This document shows, one piece after another, positions 1-7,170 of a stretch of DNA of 33,403 nt. The notes below the pieces were generated by a model, which was not told the DNA's origin, made no database searches, and worked only from the letters and a program-made list of their open reading frames with translations. This DNA comes from an uncultured Acidobacteriota bacterium (GTDB lineage: Bacteria; Acidobacteriota; Terriglobia; UBA7540). A program made the position numbers and the translations under genes. Positions within the stretch are counted from its first letter, which is position 1. Each line of letters starts with the position of its first letter. The DNA is taken from positions 6,828 to 40,230 of the forward strand of contig CAZBWJ010000002.1 of the NCBI GenBank assembly GCA_964495535.1, given 5' to 3'.

Positions 1-139
1 GGGGTGGGGGCGATCCAGCACGATTTTGAGGGCACACTTGGACATGGCGGACCTCACCAGATCAGGGGTGCAGTCGGAATCCGTGAGCTTTGCCGTACGG
101 TCTATGTTTGACCTTTGCCATCCCACCTCCGCTTTGTTA

Positions 140-1705
140 CTACAGGGCCGGCCAGAGCGATTCCCAGAGCTTGAATTCGTGGTGATAACCCGCTTCTTCG
201 GCGCGCGTGAGTTTTCTTCCCGAGGCGACGTCCAAGGTCTCCTGGAAAATCTGGCGGCCCACTTCCTCGATGGTGGCGCTCTTCTCCAGGATGGTTCCCG
301 CGTCGATGTCGATGTCGCCGTTCACGCGGGCGAGTTCCGGGTTCGAACCGATCTTCACCACCGGCCCGAGCGCGCTGCCAATGCTCGACCCGCGCCCCGT
401 GGTAAACAGGGCCACCTGCGCGCCGCTCAGGAACAAGGCGGGCGTGCAAAGGTGGTCATATCCCGGCGTGTAGAGGACGTGAAGCCCCTTCCGCTCCCCC
501 AACCACTCACCGTATTCAACCAAGTCTTCCACGACGGAGGTGCCACCCTTGGCTTTGGCCCCGCTGGACTTCAAGTAGATGTTGTAAAGACCCCCTTTGA
601 TGTTGCCTGGTGACGGGTTATCTCGAAAATCATCACCGAACTTTCTCACGTAGGACTCATAGCGCTTCACGGCTTGCATCAGCTTGCGTCCCACAGCGCG
701 CGTACGGGCGCGCCGGACCAAGTCCAGCATGGCGGCGCCCTGGAGCTCCGGAATCTCCGGCAGGAAGACGGCCGCCCCGGCCTGCACGAACATATCGGCC
801 GCGACGCCCACGGCGGGATTGGCGGTCACACCCGACCAACGATCGGAGCCTCCGCATTCGGTTCCCACCACCAGCTTCGACACCGAGGCCGGCTGTCGCT
901 TAAACCGGTTGGCATATCGAAGCAGCTTCTCGACAACTTCCAGACCTCTCGCCACGGTCTGCCGGCTGCCGCCCAACTGCTGGATGGTCAGGTTCACGAC
1001 GCGCCGGTCGTAATCCGGAACCGCGCTCTGAAAAATCGGCGCGGAACACTCCACACAGGTTTTGCCGCAGCCGAGATCGATGTAAACCGCCGCGCCCAGA
1101 TTGGGGTGGCGCAGGATGTTGACGAGCAGTTGGTTCAGAATTTGCACGGCCCGCCCGTCGGGCATGCCGCAGCCGGATTCGTGAACGATGGGAACGACGC
1201 CGTCCACGTGGGGGAACTGGTCGCGCGTGTAGATTTCGCGCCTGGCGCGGGCCGCGATTTCGCGCGCCTCGCTGGAAGAGCACATTCCAGAAGTGACGAC
1301 GCCCACGTAGTTCCGCGCCCCCACACTGCCCTCGGGACGGAGGTAGCCGTCGAAGGTCAGGGAAGCGAGTTGCGGGTCGAAGGGCGTGGGCGCGGGGTTG
1401 TCGCGGTAGCGCGCCCGCAGCCGGGGGAGCCGGTTCTCGAGATTGCTCGCGTCGATGGGATCGCCGGGCTCAACCGTACGCGAGGCGAGACCCGTAGGAT
1501 CGCCCAAGGAAATGTACGTCTCCCCCTTGCGGATTTTCTTGAGGGCGAAGCTCTGGCCGCGCGGGATCTGACGCGAAATCACGATCCGCTCGCCGTGGTG
1601 CTGGAGTTTCGTGCCTTTCTCCAGCGAATCCACCGTGACCACGGCCACGTTGTCCTTTTCAGGCTTGACGATGATGGCGACATCTTCCAGATTCTTTATT
1701 GGCAT
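140..1705 (-). CDS. UxaA-family altronate/galactarate dehydratase (SAF-domain sugar-acid hydro-lyase), about 521 aa
   Basis: Full-length ORF. N-terminal SAF-like beta-clip region (MPIKNLEDVAIIVKPEKDNVAVV...) and C-terminal D-altronate/galactarate dehydratase-like region with Cys-rich segment (ESGCGMPDG, GCGKTCVEC). AGGTGAAGG RBS upstream of the ATG at 1705. Substrate (altronate vs galactarate) cannot be decided from sequence. Confidence 0.8.
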   Translation of the reverse strand: MPIKNLEDVAIIVKPEKDNVAVVTVDSLEKGTKLQHHGERIVISRQIPRGQSFALKKIRKGETYISLGDPTGLASRTVEPGDPIDASNLENRLPRLRARYRDNPAPTPFDPQLASLTFDGYLRPEGSVGARNYVGVVTSGMCSSSEAREIAARARREIYTRDQFPHVDGVVPIVHESGCGMPDGRAVQILNQLLVNILRHPNLGAAVYIDLGCGKTCVECSAPIFQSAVPDYDRRVVNLTIQQLGGSRQTVARGLEVVEKLLRYANRFKRQPASVSKLVVGTECGGSDRWSGVTANPAVGVAADMFVQAGAAVFLPEIPELQGAAMLDLVRRARTRAVGRKLMQAVKRYESYVRKFGDDFRDNPSPGNIKGGLYNIYLKSSGAKAKGGTSVVEDLVEYGEWLGERKGLHVLYTPGYDHLCTPALFLSGAQVALFTTGRGSSIGSALGPVVKIGSNPELARVNGDIDIDAGTILEKSATIEEVGRQIFQETLDVASGRKLTRAEEAGYHHEFKLWESLWPAL

Positions 1706-1768
1706 CCTTCACCTGCTGTCGCGGCGGCCGGCGCCTGCCCCGACTGGGTCGGGGACCGCCGTCTTTTT

Positions 1769-1790
1769 CGGCATGGCTAAGGCCATGCCG
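1769..1790. promoter_or_regulatory. 22-bp perfect palindrome CGGCATGGC-TAAG-GCCATGCCG in the uxaA 5' leader; operator-like, also fits a sigma54 -24/-12 GG-N10-GC spacing (TGGCCT-N5-ATGC)
   Basis: Read directly from the sequence: 9-bp arms, 4-bp centre. Located about 65 nt upstream of the uxaA start codon on the minus strand. Confidence 0.4.
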
Positions 1791-1824
1791 TGACGAGTCA
1801 CGAGGCAAACTCGCGACTCGGGTC

Positions 1825-1852
1825 ATTATTCACTCCCGGCAAGTTCCGTCAA
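1825..1852 (-). promoter_or_regulatory. Candidate sigma70-type promoter for uxaA (-35 TTGACG, 16-nt spacer, -10 AATAAT on minus strand)
   Basis: Hexamers read on the reverse complement of 1825-1852, inside an AT-rich island. Orientation is towards uxaA, predicted leader about 110 nt. Pattern match only. Confidence 0.3.
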
Positions 1853-1937
1853 TGAGAAACAGAAAAGTCATTTGCCCATCCGAGTATCCGATTGAAGATA
1901 AATGGGTTATCAGCTTATCTCGAAGGGTAGTATTTTC

Positions 1938-2102
1938 AACAACTTACCAGCTTTGTTTTCTTATCCCTAAAACCTATTGAATATAAACAACTTACCAGCT
2001 TTGGTCGAAAGGTTGTCGCTCCATTTGTTTTCAATAATATACCAGCTTCGTTCCGCGTCGTGAGATGCTATCTTATTGACACATAACAACTTACCAGCTT
2101 CG
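1938..2102. repeat. Four direct copies of a 15-bp box AACTTACCAGCTT(T/C)G at ~48-bp spacing (1941, 1989, partial at 2036, 2088) in an AT-rich island; iteron-like or upstream-activator-like sites
   Basis: Exact copies of (CAAC)TTACCAGCTT read at 1938-1955, 1986-2003 and 2086-2102; truncated copy ATACCAGCTTCG at 2039-2050. A fifth degenerate half-site CAACTTACTCC lies at about 2547-2557. Inter-box sequence is not conserved, so these are spaced boxes rather than a tandem duplication. Confidence 0.6.
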
Positions 2103-2633
2103 TTTTTCTTGCCTGCGTATTTATAGGCGCTCGGGGCATTGCCGGGTCATACTAAGTACTCCAAGGTGTCACCCGCCTTGCGTCGGCCTGCATTGGTTGC
2201 TGCTCCGCGCCCGGCCTCACCGTCGCCGGGCTCCTCCTTTCCCAGCATTGTAGTCTAGCACACTTGCCTCTTGAAGTCAACGGAAAAATCCGCGCGGGGC
2301 AGGCGCCCCGTGCTACGTGAGTAGCGCGGCGCTACCGGCGGTTCTGCACATGGAATCCGCTTGGCTGGTCTGTCGCCGCAGCGGCCCAAACCCCGGCGAG
2401 TCTGCGCCCCGCGATGTACGTTTCCGATTTCGCAGCAGTTCAAGCCTTGACGGACCCGGCCTATGAGGTTAGCCTAAGCGTTTGCGTAGATATTCGTTGA
2501 TCCCACCACCAAACGATGGAAGGGCAGGGGCGACCGCTCCGCGGCTCGCCTTGGCGGCAACTTACTCCTTGCCCGGTCAGGTTCGAGGGCCACGGCGGCA
2601 AGCTCTCCCGGACAACTGGCTGAACAGGCTGAT

Positions 2634-3965
2634 TTGTTTAAGAGTATCCCCACGAGAGTCCTCGTCAAGGAAGAGCCGAGCTTGAAAGAAGAACCCAGGC
2701 TGTTCTCACCCGGCAATGTTCTGCCGTTTGTTCTAGTGACGGCGTTGTTCCTGTTCTGGGGCATTCCCAGCAACCTGAACGACATCCTCATCAAACAGTT
2801 CATGAAGTCGTTCGAGATCACCCGCTTCAAGGCCGGCCTGATCCAGTCGGCGTATTACATGGGGTATTTCCTCCTCTCGATGCCCGCCGCGCTGATCATG
2901 CGCAAGTACAGTTACAAGACCGGGTTGGTCATCGGGCTGTTGCTGTACAGCGCCGGAACGTTTCTTTTTTGGCCGGCGGCCATCGTCCGGGACTACGGGT
3001 TCTTCCTTTTCGCGCTTTTTGTGGTCGCCAGCGGGGCGGCGTTCCTGGAAACCGGAGCGAACCCGTTCATTGCCGTACTGGGCGACCCGCGGACTTCGGA
3101 GCGGCGGCTGAATTTCTCCCAGGCCTTCAATCCGGTTGGAGCGGTAACCGGAGTCCTGCTGGGAACTGTTTTCATCTTCTCGGGAATCGAGCTGAACGGG
3201 GTCGAAATCAGCGCCCTAAGAGCCGCGGGGGAATACGACGCGTATCTGCAGCACGAGACGATGCGAGTGGTCACGCCGTATCTCGTCATCGGCAGCGTGA
3301 TCTTCATCTGGGCGCTGCTCCTTTTGAAAACGAAGTTCCCGAAAGTCGCAGAAGAGGCGCACTCGGGGGCCGAACGAGCGCAGGGCCGGTTCCTGGATCT
3401 GTTCAAGTATCGTCACTTCGTCCTGGGTGTCCTGGCTCAGTTCTTCTACGTCGGCGCCCAGGTAGGAACCTGGAGCTACTACATCCAGTATGTGCAGGAC
3501 TACACGCGTCAACCGGAAAAGATGGCGGGCTATTTTCTGACCGGGACGCTCGTCGCCTTCGGCGTGGGCAGGTTTACGGCCACCTACTTAATGAAATACG
3601 TTTCGCCGAGCAAGCTGATGGGCGTCTACGGGGTCATTAATTGCGTGCTGGTAGCAATTGGCGTGCTGCTACCCGGCTGGCTCGGCGTCGGGGCCCTCTT
3701 CCTGACCAGTTTCTTCATGTCCCTGATGTTCCCGACGATTTTTGCGTTGGGGATCAAAGAGCTGGGGCCGAATACGAAGCTGGGGGGATCGCTGATGGTG
3801 ATGGCGATCATCGGCGGCGCCGTGTTTCCCCCCGTCGAGGGACTGATCTTCCAGGCGACCAGGAGCATGGCCATGGCGATGGCGGTTCTCCTGGTCTGTT
3901 ATGCATTCATAACGCACTATGCCTTCATCGGCTCCAAGGTGCGAATTCCCCCTCCCGCACGATAA
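2634..3965 (+). CDS. fucP: MFS transporter, L-fucose:H+ symporter (FucP/GluP) family
   Basis: 443-aa ORF, about 12 predicted TM segments. Collinear with E. coli FucP over the whole length (e.g. FLFWGIPSNLNDILIKQF...AGLIQSAYYMGYF...LYSAGTFLFWPAA...LETGANPF...MIIGGA). Family members also carry glucose/galactose or other deoxyhexoses, so the substrate is uncertain. Confidence 0.85.
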   Translation: MFKSIPTRVLVKEEPSLKEEPRLFSPGNVLPFVLVTALFLFWGIPSNLNDILIKQFMKSFEITRFKAGLIQSAYYMGYFLLSMPAALIMRKYSYKTGLVIGLLLYSAGTFLFWPAAIVRDYGFFLFALFVVASGAAFLETGANPFIAVLGDPRTSERRLNFSQAFNPVGAVTGVLLGTVFIFSGIELNGVEISALRAAGEYDAYLQHETMRVVTPYLVIGSVIFIWALLLLKTKFPKVAEEAHSGAERAQGRFLDLFKYRHFVLGVLAQFFYVGAQVGTWSYYIQYVQDYTRQPEKMAGYFLTGTLVAFGVGRFTATYLMKYVSPSKLMGVYGVINCVLVAIGVLLPGWLGVGALFLTSFFMSLMFPTIFALGIKELGPNTKLGGSLMVMAIIGGAVFPPVEGLIFQATRSMAMAMAVLLVCYAFITHYAFIGSKVRIPPPAR

Positions 3966-4074
3966 GCATTCAGGGTTCCAGCCTTCATGTCTCCAGCGAG
4001 CGCGCTCAGTGAGGATTCTGCGTCTTGCCACAGAGGGCAGACCGCCCTTTGCTGCCCGCAACGGAGGGCGTAGC

Positions 4075-4112
4075 CACGGTGAGTGTTTCCCCTCGCCGTG
4101 GGTTCTTTCCCA
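4075..4112 (+). terminator. Putative rho-independent terminator downstream of the FucP-family gene
   Basis: CCACGGTGAG-(8-nt loop)-CTCGCCGTGG stem (10 bp with one mismatch) followed by GTTCTTTCCC, about 110 nt after the permease stop, in the convergent intergenic region. Confidence 0.35.
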
Positions 4113-4156
4113 CGCGAAAGGCCAGCAAACCCACGGCGCAAAGAACCGCAGCGTGG

Positions 4157-5086
4157 CTACAGGACTTTCACTCTGACCCGGCGGAAGAGTCTGCGTGCAG
4201 CTTCAAGGTCCAGGCGGTCTGTCCGGGTTTCGAGGGCCTTGGCGGTGCCCGCGGCACACGCCCAGCGCAGGGCTTCCGGCCAGGCGGTGCCTTTCTCTCT
4301 CGAGACCAGAAGCGCGGCGGTAAAGGCGTCGCCCGAGCCGGCGGAGCTTCGCATCCGGACGGCAGGTGGCAGGATGCGCCATCCGGCGCCACTCGTCATG
4401 GCCATTGCGCCCTGTGCGCCCAACGTGCACACGGCCAACTCCACACCCTCGGCTAGCAGTCGGCGGAGAGCCATTGCCAGCGCCGGCTCGGTGGAGATTG
4501 GCTCGCCGAAAGTGGCCTGAAGTTCGTCCCGGTTCAACTTCACCACCTGCGGGCTTGCCGCCAGCGCCAGGGCCAAGGCGCGACCTCGCGAATCGATCAG
4601 CACCGGGATCCCGCAGGCGTGAGCCAGCTTGGTGAAACGCCGGTAGAGCAGCGCAGAGCATCCCGGGGGAAGGCTGCCGCCGAGAGCAAGCCAGGAACTC
4701 TTCGGCAGCCAGCGCGCCAAGCGTCCTTCCAGGTCGCGTGCGTGGGCGCGGGTCACCCGCAGCGTTTCTGGCAAGAGCCAGGTCTGGCCGTGGCCTTTCT
4801 GGTCGACGACGACGATGATGCGACGCGTCTCGCCCCGCGCGGAGCTCAGGTCGGCGCGCACGCCGCGCTCGCGGAGGAGCCGGGCAAGATGCCGTCCGTT
4901 CTCGCCCGCGGCGAAGCCGAGCGAAACCGAGCGCGCGCCAAAATCCACGGCGAAGGCCGACACCAAGTTGCCTTTGCCGCCGATGCACTCGGCCTCGGCG
5001 CGCGCGTTCAGCCGGGCGCCTGGTACGTAGTGCGCGACCTCATAGACGTGGTCCAGTGCCGTGTTGGGAGTGACGGTGAGGATCAC
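4157..5086 (-). CDS. PfkB-family carbohydrate kinase, 1-phosphofructokinase/tagatose-6-phosphate kinase (FruK/LacC)-like
   Basis: 309 aa. N-terminus MILTVTPNTALDHVYEV...GGKGNLVS aligns with FruK MIYTLTLNPS...GGKGINVS. C-terminal GSGDAF anion-hole/catalytic motif of the ribokinase superfamily. GTG start at 5086. Confidence 0.8.
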   Translation of the reverse strand: MILTVTPNTALDHVYEVAHYVPGARLNARAEAECIGGKGNLVSAFAVDFGARSVSLGFAAGENGRHLARLLRERGVRADLSSARGETRRIIVVVDQKGHGQTWLLPETLRVTRAHARDLEGRLARWLPKSSWLALGGSLPPGCSALLYRRFTKLAHACGIPVLIDSRGRALALALAASPQVVKLNRDELQATFGEPISTEPALAMALRRLLAEGVELAVCTLGAQGAMAMTSGAGWRILPPAVRMRSSAGSGDAFTAALLVSREKGTAWPEALRWACAAGTAKALETRTDRLDLEAARRLFRRVRVKVL

Positions 5087-5094
5087 AGCAGCGA

Positions 5095-5175
5095 GTCAAA
5101 GGTCGAGAGTCGAAAGTCGAAGGTCGAAAAAGGAAAAGTCACCATCGAGAATCCACAATCCCAAATCCCAAATGC
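5095..5175. repeat. Short tandem repeats: about 5 copies of (G)TCGARAG followed by AATCCCA x2, in the spacer between aldolase and kinase genes
   Basis: Read directly: AGTCAAAG GTCGAGAG TCGAAAG TCGAAGG TCGAAAAAGG ... AATCCACAATCCCAAATCCCAAATG. Related hepta/octamer arrays occur in other intergenic spacers of this window. Confidence 0.6.
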
Positions 5176-5197
5176 AGGCCCCCAGAGGCCAAGTTCC

Positions 5198-5809
5198 TCA
5201 GCGATCCAGAAGCGGACTGCTGAGCAAGCGACCTAGCAGATACGCCTGGGCGTTGGTCTCGATACGCTCCAAGGTGTCGAAGGCGTCGTCGAGGTCTCGG
5301 CCGACCACTACGATCCCGTGCTGGGGGACCAGCGTCGCAATGCCGTGTTTCTCCAGTGCCGCTTTCTGCGGTTCCAGCGCCTCCACCACCAACCGCGCCA
5401 GCTCGGCGCTGTGGGCCTTGGCCGGTCGTGTGAGGCCGATGGTGCCGAATTTCTGCGTGTGCTCGAGGACAGGCGGAATCGGTTTACCCGCGGCGACGAA
5501 AGCCATCAGGTATCCGGCCTGCGCGTGGATGATGCCCCCGGCGCCCTGGAAGGCGTTGTAGATCCCCAAGTGGAATTGCCACTCGCGTGTTCGGCGGTCG
5601 GGGCCTTCGATAACGTTCCCCCTGAGGTCCAGCGCCACCACGTCCTTTGCCTCGATCTGCCATTGCTGCTTGCTGCCGGCGTGCGCCGGGGACATGAAAA
5701 CCCGATCGCCCTGGCGCAGGCTGAGGTTGCCGCCGCTCGAGTCGGTCAGGTGGCGGGAAAAGACCAGCCGAGCAATGTGTACCAGATGTTCGCGCGGGTC
5801 CTTGGGCAA
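5198..5809 (-). CDS. Class II aldolase/adducin-family protein (L-fuculose-1-phosphate aldolase / L-ribulose-5-P 4-epimerase-like)
   Basis: 203 aa. GGNLS motif 26 residues from the N-terminus (FucA: GNVS), His-rich metal-binding core (HAQAGY..., ...QHGIVVVG) typical of the FucA/AraD fold. TTG start implied by the ORF track. Collinear with FucA. Confidence 0.8.
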   Translation of the reverse strand: MPKDPREHLVHIARLVFSRHLTDSSGGNLSLRQGDRVFMSPAHAGSKQQWQIEAKDVVALDLRGNVIEGPDRRTREWQFHLGIYNAFQGAGGIIHAQAGYLMAFVAAGKPIPPVLEHTQKFGTIGLTRPAKAHSAELARLVVEALEPQKAALEKHGIATLVPQHGIVVVGRDLDDAFDTLERIETNAQAYLLGRLLSSPLLDR

Positions 5810-5907
5810 GGGAGTTTCCTGGACTCAGGAATACCGGCTGCCTATCTTCGGCTGTGGCTGTGGCACTGTCAAGCGCTCTAGGCTGCGGCTGTGCAGCCGC
5901 CACAAAC

Positions 5908-6696
5908 TTATATGAGTTCGCCGCGCAGCACCGTGACCGCCTGCCCTCCGAGAATGACGCGATCGCCTTTGACTCGCACGCGCACTACGCCGCCCCGCGC
6001 CGAGGCCTGATAGGCAACGAACCCCTCTTTCCTCATTCGCTTTCTCCAGAAAGGGCCGAGGCAACAGTGCGCGGAGCCAGTGACAGGGTCCTCGTTGATT
6101 CCCGCAGCGGGTGCGAAGAAGCGCGAGACGAAATCGAATTCAGGCGTGCTTGCCACGCTGGTGACGACAACTCCGCGAACTGGCAGGGTGGCAAGCAGAG
6201 TGAAATCCGGCTTCAGGGCGCGGACGGTCGCTTCGGAGTCCACCTCGACGAGGTAATCGAAGCGGTTTCTGCCCACGTACTTCATGGGGACGTCCAAGGC
6301 GCGCCCCAGATTCGCAGGCGGGTCAGCCGGTTCTTCCGGCGTGGCAGGGAAATCCATCTCGATCCAGTCGCCACGCCGCTCGGCGATGAGGAGTCCGCTG
6401 CGGGTATGGAAGCGTGCCGGCTCGTCGGGCCTCAGATGTCCCGACTGCCACAGGACGTGGGCGCTGGCCAGGGTCGCGTGCCCGCAGAGGTCGATCTCCA
6501 CCGCCGGCGTGAACCAGCGGAGGCTGTAACCGTCGTCTTGCGGGGCGAGGAATGCCGTTTCCGACAAGTTCATCTCGCGCGCTACGTCCTGCATCCAGCG
6601 CTCCTCGCGCGGCGTGGGCAGTAGGCAAACTGCTGCGGGATTGCCCGTGAAGGGCTTGTCCGTGAAGGCGTCCACCTGGATGAGCGTGAGCCCCAT
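5908..6696 (-). CDS. PhzF-family (phenazine biosynthesis-like) isomerase/epimerase-fold protein
   Basis: Start chosen at internal Met (MGLTLIQVDAFTDKPFTGNPAAVCLL...), the hallmark PhzF N-terminus. About 262 aa, typical for the family. The longer ORF to 6789 has no homology-like N-terminus. Confidence 0.75.
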   Translation of the reverse strand: MGLTLIQVDAFTDKPFTGNPAAVCLLPTPREERWMQDVAREMNLSETAFLAPQDDGYSLRWFTPAVEIDLCGHATLASAHVLWQSGHLRPDEPARFHTRSGLLIAERRGDWIEMDFPATPEEPADPPANLGRALDVPMKYVGRNRFDYLVEVDSEATVRALKPDFTLLATLPVRGVVVTSVASTPEFDFVSRFFAPAAGINEDPVTGSAHCCLGPFWRKRMRKEGFVAYQASARGGVVRVRVKGDRVILGGQAVTVLRGELI

Positions 6697-7170
6697 GAGT
6701 TGTTCCTCCCTGCATGATGCTTGCGGTCGCCGCACTTGCTGGCTGCTGGCCTGCGAACTCCTGCCAGCTTCAGAGCCGCAGGGTACCACATGGAGCCATC
6801 AACTGGCCTGCTTCCTGAGTGGCCTGGACACGCGATGGCACCCGAGTCGAAAGCTCAGTTGGATTGGCTGCGGCAGACTCGACCGGCAACCTAGGTTCAT
6901 CGTGGCGCTCGAAGTGGATCCCACTTTCTGGCCGGCTAGCCTGGAATTGGAGCGCGGCCCCCTGTCGCGCGCTTTGAGCGCCGAAGGTGGGCGGTATTGC
7001 CTGGGGAATAGCGCGACCTCCCTGGCAAGGGCAAGTTGTCTTCACCGCCAGCCCGGAGGCGTGTTTCCCATTCCCAAGCGGGCGCAAATCGGCTATAAGT
7101 CACACGCGGCGCCGCGGGGGCTGCGTCAGGAAGTCCAGGTTCTGGAAAAGAAGTTATTGAGCCCTCCCAG

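Noticed and set aside
26-1780. Long plus-strand ORFs (26..613, 674..1780) overlapping the uxaA gene
   Set aside because: They are antisense shadows of a well-supported minus-strand gene in GC-rich DNA. Their translations are Arg/Ala/Gly-rich with no domain-like stretches and no RBS.
1938-2102. Possibility that the four spaced repeats are a small CRISPR array
   Set aside because: Conserved unit is only 15 bp. The copies are not identical in full length, spacing is about 48 bp with non-unique AT-rich fill, and no cas genes are nearby. Better explained as protein-binding boxes.
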